Origin: Leptolyngbyaceae cyanobacterium
GTDB taxonomy: Bacteria; Cyanobacteriota; Cyanobacteriia; Phormidesmidales; Phormidesmidaceae
DNA length: 64,000 nt
Assembly: GCA_965263355.1 (NCBI GenBank)
Contig: CBDHHL010000032.1
Span: forward strand, 1 to 64,000
Reading direction: 5' to 3'
A model generated the notes under the pieces. That model was not told where the DNA came from. It was given only the letters and a program-made list of their open reading frames with translations, and ran no database searches. This document shows positions 54,002-62,469 of the stretch, one piece after another. Each line of letters begins with the position of its first letter. Position 1 is the first letter of the stretch. The translations under genes and the position numbers were made by a program.

Positions 54002-56141
54002 ACTCAGCTGGGTTTCCGAAAAGCTTCAAGCGCATCACCTAGAGCGATTGGCTATCGTGTACGTACGCCAGTCCACCTTGCAACAAGTGCTAGACCATCA
54101 AGAATCGACGCGAATTCAGTACAGCTTGGTAGATCGTGCCCAAGCGCTGGGCTGGCAACCAGGCCGCATTCTGACGATAGATGAAGACTTGGGTAAGTCG
54201 GGTAGCAGCGCCGAAGGCCGTTTAGGCTTTCAGCGTCTGGTCACTGAAGTCGGTCTCAACCATGTGGGCCTGATATTAGGTGTAGAAATGTCCCGTCTGG
54301 CTCGCTGCTCTAAAGATTGGCATCAATTGCTGGAAATCTGTGCACTGTTCGGTACGCTAATAGCAGACCTCGATGGCATTTATGACCCCAGCGGGTATAA
54401 CGACCGCTTACTGTTGGGCTTAAAAGGCACCATGAGCGAAGCCGAACTCCATATCCTCAAACAGCGCATGGTTCAAGGGAAGCGCAACAAAGCCAAGCGA
54501 GGCGAACTAGGCTTCAGCGTCCCGATAGGCTATGTTCGTCGCCCCTCGGGAGAGATTCGCTTTGACCCAGACGAACAGGCCCAACAAGTGGTCAAGCTCA
54601 TCTTTCGTAAGTTTGAGGAGCTAGGTACGCTGAACGCGGTACTGCGCTATCTTGTTAGCAATCACATCCAAGTCGGTGTCAGGGTTCTATCGGGTCTTAA
54701 CAAAGGAGATTTAGAGTGGCGCAGGCCGAATCGGCCCACCTTACAGAATCTGCTGAGAAGCCCAGTCTATGCAGGTGCTTACGCTTATGGCCGCAAGCAG
54801 ATGGATGCGAGACGAAAAAAGGTTGAACACCCTCATGGCGGCTTAGTCGTGAAACCAATGGACGAGTGGCTCGTGTTGATTAAAGACCATCATCCTGCTT
54901 ACATTTCCTGGGCGCAATATGAACAACATCTGGCCCAACTCAAATCGAATCGAGCCAGAGCTGATGAATGTGGCCATGCCCGCTCAGGCGCAGCTTTGTT
55001 ATCAGGGCTGCTGACCTGCGGTCGCTGTGGCGCTCGCATGACGGTTCGCTACCATCGAGGGCCAGCCTCTCATTGCTATGTCTGCAACCGTGAGATGGCA
55101 GACTATGGTGGAGAACTTTGTCAGCAGTTGGCAGGGGTGTGTTTAGATGAATCTGTCACCGAACAAGTTCTACGAGCATTAAAACCAGCGGCATTGGAGC
55201 TATCGTTAACGGCTGCAACCCACATCGAACAAGACCGTGCCGAATTAGACAAGTTATGGCATCAGCGATTAGAACGTGCCCGTTTTGAGTCAGAGCGTGC
55301 TGGTCGGCATTATCATCTTATAGAGCCCGAAAATCGTCTCGTTGCTAGGCAACTAGCTCAGGAATGGGAGCATGCCTTACAAGCAGAGCAACAGCTCAAA
55401 GAAGAGTATAAGAGATTCTCTCATGAACAACCTAGGCAGCTCACAGATGAAGAAAAGAAACAGATTCGTCAACTCTCAGAATGCCTGCCTAACTTGTGGT
55501 TTGCTGAAACAACGACCCATGCACAGCGAAAAGAAATTGTTCGTCAAATAATTCAGAAGATTGTTGTAAATATTGAAGGTGAAAGTGAACAAGTTCAGGT
55601 TAGTATTGAGTGGAGTGGTGGTTTTATTGGAAAAGCGAGTGTCATTCGCCCCGTGGCCAAATGGACTCAGCTAAGCAACTACTCACAACTTTGTGAGCGC
55701 CTTAGACAAATGGCCGAAGCACAGTTAAGCACTGATGAAATGATTGCGCGACTCCACCAAGAAGGCTTTCATCCACCGAAGCGTCGCAAAACGTTCAACC
55801 GAGAGATTTTGCGGTCATTAATGCGGCGACTCGGACTCGGTACTCGCCGTAGCCCAAAATCTAGAAAACCCTTGGCTACGCATGAGTGGTGGTTGCCTGA
55901 TTTAGCGCTGGCTTTAGAGATGCCGGAGGTAACCCTTTATAATTGGGTGCAACGAGGCTGGGTCAATGGACGACAACTGCCTGAACCACCTAAACACTGG
56001 GTGATCTGGGCGGATGAAGCCGAGCTAGGACGACTCCGTGCCCATCGAGCACGCCCTGTCGGTGACGTGCGACGACAGCTGTGGCAGGGAGAAGTGCTTG
56101 ACATCACTGTTCCGCCTACAATACCCCAAACCAATGAGTGA
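53985..56141 (+). CDS. Large serine recombinase (resolvase, recombinase, Zn ribbon, coiled coil, C-terminal HTH)
   Basis: YVRQST catalytic Ser, DLGKSG, EMSRLAR, LSGLLTCGRCG and EVTLYNWVQRG; GGAGG RBS. Confidence 0.95.
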   Translation: MSLKTELSWVSEKLQAHHLERLAIVYVRQSTLQQVLDHQESTRIQYSLVDRAQALGWQPGRILTIDEDLGKSGSSAEGRLGFQRLVTEVGLNHVGLILGVEMSRLARCSKDWHQLLEICALFGTLIADLDGIYDPSGYNDRLLLGLKGTMSEAELHILKQRMVQGKRNKAKRGELGFSVPIGYVRRPSGEIRFDPDEQAQQVVKLIFRKFEELGTLNAVLRYLVSNHIQVGVRVLSGLNKGDLEWRRPNRPTLQNLLRSPVYAGAYAYGRKQMDARRKKVEHPHGGLVVKPMDEWLVLIKDHHPAYISWAQYEQHLAQLKSNRARADECGHARSGAALLSGLLTCGRCGARMTVRYHRGPASHCYVCNREMADYGGELCQQLAGVCLDESVTEQVLRALKPAALELSLTAATHIEQDRAELDKLWHQRLERARFESERAGRHYHLIEPENRLVARQLAQEWEHALQAEQQLKEEYKRFSHEQPRQLTDEEKKQIRQLSECLPNLWFAETTTHAQRKEIVRQIIQKIVVNIEGESEQVQVSIEWSGGFIGKASVIRPVAKWTQLSNYSQLCERLRQMAEAQLSTDEMIARLHQEGFHPPKRRKTFNREILRSLMRRLGLGTRRSPKSRKPLATHEWWLPDLALALEMPEVTLYNWVQRGWVNGRQLPEPPKHWVIWADEAELGRLRAHRARPVGDVRRQLWQGEVLDITVPPTIPQTNE

Positions 56142-56253
56142 CAACTATTTGAATCGTCTGTAGGAGAAGATATATGCTCAAAAAACAGCCTCTGGAAAAC
56201 CTACCTCGGCAGAATCAACTAAATGCCTATGGGGGTAATGAGGCTGGCACATC

Positions 56254-57167
56254 TCGATTTGGAAGCGCGCTCGGTACGCCTCGACTAGTTGCATCGGGTC
56301 GAGGTCAATATCGGTGGAGAATAGCAATGCATAGCATAGCCGTTCGGGATGCTTGCGATTGAGCAGATACACCACTCGAATCTTGTGCTTGAGGTAAACG
56401 GACCAGACCACAGCTGTGTAGAGTTCGGTTTCGGGGTCGACCTCACCGAGTGCTGCCAGCGAGTGAGGTCAGTCAAATCAACCTTACCGTCATATTTACG
56501 GCGCGCGCCACGAGGCTTTTGCGGACCGTCATAGAGATAGTTCAAGTTGGCATCGCAACGGAGCTTACCAATCGTGTCTAGCCCCAACTCAACCACACCA
56601 TTCACCCACTTTTGCTTGCTGTAGAAGCCATCCCCCACCAAGTATCGAACGGCTGCTGGGAAGGTATCTCGGGTAGCCTGCAAGTGGTCTAGATAGTCAT
56701 CAACCCGTGTGTCCGGTCTGTGTCCACTTCATCGACGGGCTCAAGTGACGGTGGGGTCTGTTGCACCGATAGCGTGTAGCCAATGAGTTGTTCGACGTCT
56801 ACCACCGCGATCATCGAGATCTCTAACCCCCGTTCGGTCCGACTGGCTTTGCCATTGTAGAAACGGTCTACGCCGTAGGTGGCTTTCCCACTTTTGGGCA
56901 CAAACGACGCATCCACCACCCCCACCTGGAAATGGGTTGGCACAATGGCGGCCTCAATCACGACTTGAGTGAAGCTCATGAATTCATAAGGCTGCTCAAA
57001 GTGACGACGATAGGTCCGCTCCGACAGGTCGCTATAACGACTCAGATTGGTGAAGTTTACCTTGCCACACATCACATAGATGGTCGTAAACAGGGTGATT
57101 AAAAACTGGCGACGAGGTTTGCTAAATGGCCCACTTTACGCAGTAGACCCGGTATCATGCATAGCAT
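56254..57167 (-). pseudogene. IS4-family transposase N-terminal part with several frameshifts
   Basis: VNFTNLSRY, VDASFVPKSGK, VGDGFYSK, GKLRCDANL and YRARFQIE spread over several frames. Confidence 0.9.
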
Positions 57168-57443
57168 AGCTATTCAGGTTGGTTTGTCTGTTAACAAAAC
57201 CTTAGAGCCTGGATAGCTTTTCTGTCTATTTCTCTCGCTTTTCTGTCCGGACTATTGTTATACAAGATACATATCTCTGCGTCGTCTTCAATACATTCGT
57301 TGCTCTAATAAAGGCCTGACATTTCTTAAGCTTGTATTGCTTGTCGGGTAAAATCATTAACTGCTCTGGTATACTAATCTCAAGAAAGAAATAATGTTTT
57401 TAGTGATTGAGATATCTGAAATGCTGCATTATCTTATGATTAT

Positions 57444-57457
57444 GTAAATAATGCTAC
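57444..57457 (+). promoter_or_regulatory. Possible NtcA box
   Basis: GTA-AATAATGC-TAC upstream of the dehydrogenase-like gene; could be chance in AT-rich DNA. Confidence 0.25.
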
Positions 57458-57488
57458 TTTCTTCTCATTGTTTTGTCCCTTCTTCCCG

Positions 57489-58535
57489 ATGGTAAAGCTA
57501 GTCGTTACTCAAATGCACAAAATTCTTATTTCTCATTCCATTGATCCATACACTATTCATGATCTAGGGTTACGCCAAATAGACTATCCGGCAAATGAGA
57601 AATTTACTGGTGTAAATGAGCAGACATTTTATGCCTCTAACTCTTTTGAAGAGTTGCTTTACATGCCGAGCATAGCTGCAAAACAACGTCCTCAGGAGGA
57701 GTGCGATCCAACCCTCGAGGTGCTTCGACGCGTACTGATAACATTTCAGCCTGATGTTCTGATTGTGGGTAATAATGCTGTGCCTGGTAGGGCAATTCGT
57801 GCCTGGCGACAGGCTGTTGGTCCTAGCCGTGATTTACTTATTATTCGGCGAGGCGTTGATAAACGTGCAATTGATTGTAAAGTAGCGGCTGAGGAATCGG
57901 TGAGAGTTGGTAATTTGCCAGGGATCAATTCTCCTTTTGTTGCTAAATTTCAAGTCGAATGGTTGAAGCTCAGTGAAGATCGAGCCAACAGTAAGATAGC
58001 GATCATTGGCGTTGGCAACATTGGTAAAAATATTGCCTTAAGGGCTTTAGATTTTGGTCTTGATGTTCATCTTTTTAGTCCATCTTTACAGGATATAGAA
58101 AAGCGAGATCGTACATTAAGAGAACGCTCAATTCCACCTGATCTTGTAACCTGTGCAACTTCGTTGGAAGCAGCGTTTGAGAATGCTAAGTACATTGCTA
58201 TTTCTGTGCCCTGGCTTGATAGTTATGGTAATCCTCATAGGGGACTTTTGACTCGAGATTATGTTGAAAACGTTCAAAATAACGCCAAGATTAGCTCTGT
58301 CTCCCCCCCGCGAATGTTTTCCGATCAAGCTCTGGCTTGGATGAATCGACAAGTTAAGCAGGGCCATCTTGCTGTTCGAATTGATTCAGCCAAGCGTCTT
58401 GTTAAAGAAATCAGTTCTGATTACTCCCACCTCGAATTAGGTCATGATGTAGCATTTGCTGATAGTGCTTGTCAGCAAGCTCTTGATAGGGCTATGTTGA
58501 ACCAAGCTAGAGATTTTGCTGCGGTGCCAGTATAA
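57489..58535 (+). CDS. D-2-hydroxyacid dehydrogenase-like NAD-binding protein (divergent)
   Basis: IIRRGVD..ID, VGNLPGINS..VA and IAIIGVGNIG Rossmann motif. Confidence 0.7.
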   Translation: MVKLVVTQMHKILISHSIDPYTIHDLGLRQIDYPANEKFTGVNEQTFYASNSFEELLYMPSIAAKQRPQEECDPTLEVLRRVLITFQPDVLIVGNNAVPGRAIRAWRQAVGPSRDLLIIRRGVDKRAIDCKVAAEESVRVGNLPGINSPFVAKFQVEWLKLSEDRANSKIAIIGVGNIGKNIALRALDFGLDVHLFSPSLQDIEKRDRTLRERSIPPDLVTCATSLEAAFENAKYIAISVPWLDSYGNPHRGLLTRDYVENVQNNAKISSVSPPRMFSDQALAWMNRQVKQGHLAVRIDSAKRLVKEISSDYSHLELGHDVAFADSACQQALDRAMLNQARDFAAVPV

Positions 58536-58642
58536 TTTCCTTGAAATTGGAAAACCTGGGCACCTCGTTTTAGGGGTGCTTGATTTTCAATTTTTTTATG
58601 GCTTACAATTGTACTGATGCACACGGAGTCATTGAAGACACC

Positions 58643-59482
58643 ATGCTACTACTACTGTTGATACTGTCAAGCATTTTTGGATGGTTTGTCAGTATGATTG
58701 TTGGTGGGGGAAGCTCTCTTATTCTGATGCCAGCTATAGGTATTTTATTGGGGGCTTCAGCTATACCCCCAGTGATTACTATTGGCGGTATTTTTGGCAA
58801 TGCAGAGCGCACTTACTCCTATTGGAGCAACATAAACAGGCAAATTCTATGGTGGGAACTTCCTGGTGCTTTAGTTGGGGCAATCTTAGGGTCTTTTGTT
58901 CTTAGTACGCTAGATCTAGAATGGGTAGTTGTCATTGTTGCAGTTTTTTTAATAGGTTCTGCCCTCAGTTCCTTCTTACAGAAAAGTGAGCAATCTTTTA
59001 CAGTAAAGCTTTGGTATTTTCTGGTAGGCGGTTTTGTCTATGCTTTCCTGTCAGGGTTAATTGGTAGCATGGGGCCCATCATTGCTCCTTTTTATATCAA
59101 TTATGGTCTTAAAAAAGAGGAATTATTAGGAACTCAAGCATTTGTTCGTTGTTTTGTTCATTCTGTCAAACTTGTGGCTTATTTTGCCTTTGGCACCTTA
59201 CAACTACCCTATGTTGGTTATGGTATTGCAATTGGCCTCGCTTCTTTCCCAGGTAATTTTCTTGGGGGATTGGTGTTGGAGAAAATTAGTGAAAAATTAT
59301 TTAGGCAGCTTGTATTTACCTTCGTGATGTTCAGTGGCTTTTGGCTCCTATGGGAACATCACGACTTGTTTGCTTTTAATGTTCTACAGGGTAAGAGTTT
59401 ACCATTCTGGTTCTGGTTTTTTCAGGATGAACAAAGTGTAGGTGTTTTGCACTTAATATCTAATCTACCGTCCGCTTGCTAA
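58643..59482 (+). CDS. TauE/SafE family exporter
   Basis: VGGGSSLILMP and FLSGLIGSMGP; about 8 TM segments. Confidence 0.88.
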   Translation: MLLLLLILSSIFGWFVSMIVGGGSSLILMPAIGILLGASAIPPVITIGGIFGNAERTYSYWSNINRQILWWELPGALVGAILGSFVLSTLDLEWVVVIVAVFLIGSALSSFLQKSEQSFTVKLWYFLVGGFVYAFLSGLIGSMGPIIAPFYINYGLKKEELLGTQAFVRCFVHSVKLVAYFAFGTLQLPYVGYGIAIGLASFPGNFLGGLVLEKISEKLFRQLVFTFVMFSGFWLLWEHHDLFAFNVLQGKSLPFWFWFFQDEQSVGVLHLISNLPSAC

Positions 59483-59582
59483 AAATAAAGTTCCCAGATT
59501 GAAAAAGAGAGAAGGTAAGGGGATATTTTATTTACCTGCGGGCCCCTTAAAACAGTAGGATCTGTCAAAATTCTTTGGAGTG

Positions 59583-60284
59583 CTAATTTGCAAATAACCT
59601 TTGTGTCAGGGCAGAATGAGTCATTTGGGCAATATCAATAAATGGAGTGCAGGACCACATATCGTCAAGGTCCATAGAAATCGGTTTTTGGGCAATGGTT
59701 TCAAGCTGAGGGACCATCTCTTTTAGCAAAATTTGAGCATTGATATGGCCAATAAGACCCAATCTTAAGGCAGCTCCACATAATCCAGTGAGAAAACTAT
59801 GCAGAAAAGCAAAGACCGTATTGTGTTCGTCCAATCCTATAGATTGTCCCACCACCCCAAAAATTATCGGATGTAAACCATGCATTTTATCTGTCTGAAT
59901 GCATGTGTGAATTGCATCCAGTTTGGGGTTGCTCCATGTAGAGCGGGCAACCATTAAGAGGGCTCGACCGCTTTTGCATTGGCTTTCTCGATTTGTTTGT
60001 AACAGAGTTTGGGCCAACAATCGTGCATCGATCGCTTGAATTTTTTGATCATCATTGCAGGTACTGGCCGCATGGGACTGGCGCAGTGCGACTAAATCCA
60101 TTGAACCGATTTTATTATGGAGAATTAACTCTAAATAATTGCGTAAATCTTGGGTAGAACGAATTTGTTGAGATTGGATCAGGCTTTCTAAACCGTGGGA
60201 TAAGGTAAAACTACCGCTTGGGAAAAATGAATCAGATAGTTGCATTAGAGACCATCGCTGGTCTGAAAGCAGAGAAGTATTCAT
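59583..60284 (-). CDS. ureF: Urease accessory protein UreF
   Basis: LSDSFFPSGSFTLSHGLE and C-terminal H....RLFAN. Confidence 0.93.
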   Translation of the reverse strand: MNTSLLSDQRWSLMQLSDSFFPSGSFTLSHGLESLIQSQQIRSTQDLRNYLELILHNKIGSMDLVALRQSHAASTCNDDQKIQAIDARLLAQTLLQTNRESQCKSGRALLMVARSTWSNPKLDAIHTCIQTDKMHGLHPIIFGVVGQSIGLDEHNTVFAFLHSFLTGLCGAALRLGLIGHINAQILLKEMVPQLETIAQKPISMDLDDMWSCTPFIDIAQMTHSALTQRLFAN

Positions 60285-60333
60285 AGGGAGAATTTCCACA
60301 AAATATTGCTTAGGAGCATTGTATGCAATGCCC

Positions 60334-60852
60334 CTAAGCGTGTTGGTGATATGTAAACGTTAGCGTTTGGTCGTGAGATCGCATTTCATATCCAATCTTC
60401 AACCCTGCAATGTCGAAGGACCTAATAACAGATTCGAGGGTGGCAACATTTTCACTGATTTGGATATAGATCTTATCGTCAGTGACCAAAATAGGATAAT
60501 GATGATTGCCCAAGGTATGACCAAGATGGATCAGTTTAAAAACATCAACCGAATGGTGGGCATCAAAACTTAAGGTCATCAACGATTGAGACTTGAAATG
60601 GATTAATAGGAATCTATCATTCTCAAGTTGAAACACATCCCCATCAGTTAATTGCTTATCTCGTTGTTTCAACAGTCCAATGGCATTACCAGCATTAGTT
60701 TTGGTATAAATTCGGCTTTTCTTTTGATCAGTCTGGGTCAACTCAACCTCCATTAATCGATGGTTGGACCTTGCTCTCTCCAAGTTATGTTGTAGTTTCG
60801 GCATAGCAAAATAGTTGCCGAGATAATTTTGAATGCAGTCAACGCTTATCAT
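60334..60852 (-). CDS. ureE: Urease accessory protein UreE
   Basis: L.DGDV and LGHTLGNHH. Confidence 0.88.
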   Translation of the reverse strand: MISVDCIQNYLGNYFAMPKLQHNLERARSNHRLMEVELTQTDQKKSRIYTKTNAGNAIGLLKQRDKQLTDGDVFQLENDRFLLIHFKSQSLMTLSFDAHHSVDVFKLIHLGHTLGNHHYPILVTDDKIYIQISENVATLESVIRSFDIAGLKIGYEMRSHDQTLTFTYHQHA

Positions 60853-60863
60853 CTCTCTATTGC

Positions 60864-61805
60864 TTATTTAGGAATATAAGGTAAATTTGGCTCGTTGCTC
60901 ATGGTTCTTACACAAGATAAAATTTCAAAAATATAGGATTGAATATGTTCAACACGATTGCCCATGATTTTAATCAACAACCCATTACAATTGGGTAATG
61001 GAGACAAACCTGTTAACAAATGAGCCAATTGTAATCGAGGATGTATTGCTAATTCGTGACTTAATTTGTCTAAATCAAAATTTGGTAAAACAGTAAAAAC
61101 ATTGGCGATCAAGGGATATTTAGCGAAGAATAAACTGTCTTTGAAAGGATTAGATTGCCCCATCAGCCTGATGGCATCACCAAATAATAAGTTGCCATCA
61201 GGCGATAAAACCTGAAGACGATTTTGATATTCTCGAAATTGATAATATTCTGATCGGGCCAAGCGACCAGGTACAATAATTTCGCTAAGGAAAAGGTTGC
61301 TGGTAGGTTCGAGTGTAATAGTAGTGCTCTGGTAAAGCTGAGCATCTGCGTACAGCATCAAAGGTTCAGGAACAAACTCTAAGCTGGCTCCAGTCCCAAC
61401 AGTAATCTGCCACGATAGCTGGGCGCGGGCGGCAGCAGCATCAGTGACGGGCATTTTATGGACTTTGGTGGCTGCTTGATCCGTCAGATAGAGTTGGGCA
61501 TTAGGGTCTACTGTCAGGCCAAGGGTTAGGCGATCGCCCCCAAATAGGCCAGGGGCTGAATTCATCAGATAAAGGTAGGCACGCCTATTGTTGTCCTGAT
61601 CTAAACGAAAGGTGTGGGATAAACGAAAGGGATAGGCCATGTATTGTTGGGCTACAAAGGTTTGATTGTTGCGATCGCACCCCATCCGAGCATAAAAATC
61701 AAAGTCCTTAACCGCAATATTGTTGCTAATTCGACTGGTTGTAAAGTTTGTAATCCCCCTACTAAGTTTCTGGTGGTCCGCAGGAGATATCGGGAACAAC
61801 GTCAT
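60864..61805 (-). CDS. ureD: Urease accessory protein UreD
   Basis: PGLFGGD, TDQAATKV, LEFVPEP and GRLARSE. Confidence 0.92.
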   Translation of the reverse strand: MTLFPISPADHQKLSRGITNFTTSRISNNIAVKDFDFYARMGCDRNNQTFVAQQYMAYPFRLSHTFRLDQDNNRRAYLYLMNSAPGLFGGDRLTLGLTVDPNAQLYLTDQAATKVHKMPVTDAAAARAQLSWQITVGTGASLEFVPEPLMLYADAQLYQSTTITLEPTSNLFLSEIIVPGRLARSEYYQFREYQNRLQVLSPDGNLLFGDAIRLMGQSNPFKDSLFFAKYPLIANVFTVLPNFDLDKLSHELAIHPRLQLAHLLTGLSPLPNCNGLLIKIMGNRVEHIQSYIFEILSCVRTMSNEPNLPYIPK

Positions 61806-62458
61806 GCCCATGGTTGTACTCCTGATAGGACAACCGCATCAGGAGAGACCGGTTGAAAAAGAACCGTTTCCTCAATAAATTTGACTACCTCGTCCAGCCC
61901 GTCTCCTGTTTTGCAGTTGGTGTAGGCAATTGCTTTTTGCCCTCGCCGTTCAGCTGCATCTTTACGAATGATGTCTAAGTTGGCTCCCACATAGGGGGCG
62001 ATATCAATTTTGTTAATAATCGCCAAATCCGCCTGCATAAATCCTGGCCCATTTTTACGGGGAATATCGTCTCCGGCACCGACATCAATCACAAACAGAT
62101 AGGAGTCCACCAGGTCATAGCTAAAGGTAGAGGCCAAGTTATCGCCACCGCTTTCGATAAAGACAATATCTAAACCAGGAAACTGTTGTTCCAGACCTTG
62201 AACGGCCAGCAGGTTCATGGTGGGGTCTTCCCGAATGGCGGTATGGGGACAACTGCCGGTTTCCACACCAATGATACGTTCTGTCGGTAGAAATCCCTTT
62301 TGTTTAATGCGTTTTGCATCTTCTTGAGTGAGCAGATCATTAGTGACAACGGCCACCTCAATGCCCCGTGCCATCAAACGCGGCACCAAACATTCTAATA
62401 AGGCTGTTTTACCACTGCCGACGGGACCGCCAATGCCTATGCGTGCTGCTTGTTTCAT
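61802..62458 (-). CDS. ureG: Urease accessory GTPase UreG
   Basis: GGPVGSGKT, ETGSCPHTAIRED and ESGGDNL. Confidence 0.97.
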   Translation of the reverse strand: MKQAARIGIGGPVGSGKTALLECLVPRLMARGIEVAVVTNDLLTQEDAKRIKQKGFLPTERIIGVETGSCPHTAIREDPTMNLLAVQGLEQQFPGLDIVFIESGGDNLASTFSYDLVDSYLFVIDVGAGDDIPRKNGPGFMQADLAIINKIDIAPYVGANLDIIRKDAAERRGQKAIAYTNCKTGDGLDEVVKFIEETVLFQPVSPDAVVLSGVQPWA

Positions 62459-62469
62459 GGGATTCTCCT

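Larger units (their letters stand above)
53693..56255 (+). mobile_element. 2563-bp large serine recombinase integrative element
   Basis: Inverted ends ATGTGCCAGCC..CCCCCATA and TATGGGGG..GGCTGGCACAT; TC core at both junctions; removal restores transposase codons. Confidence 0.9.
53374..57257 (-). mobile_element. IS4-family insertion sequence (1321 bp when empty) carrying a nested recombinase element
   Basis: TIRs CAATACTCCGGACAGAA (53374-53390) and TTCTGTCCGGACTATTG (57241-57257); TSD TTATAC at 53368-53373 and 57258-57263; YREK motif. Confidence 0.9.

Noticed and set aside
53374..57257. Recombinase excision restoring an active transposase in this copy
   Set aside because: The transposase has about four additional frameshifts (near 57130, 56710, 56450 and 53545), so excision alone would not restore it unless those are sequencing errors.
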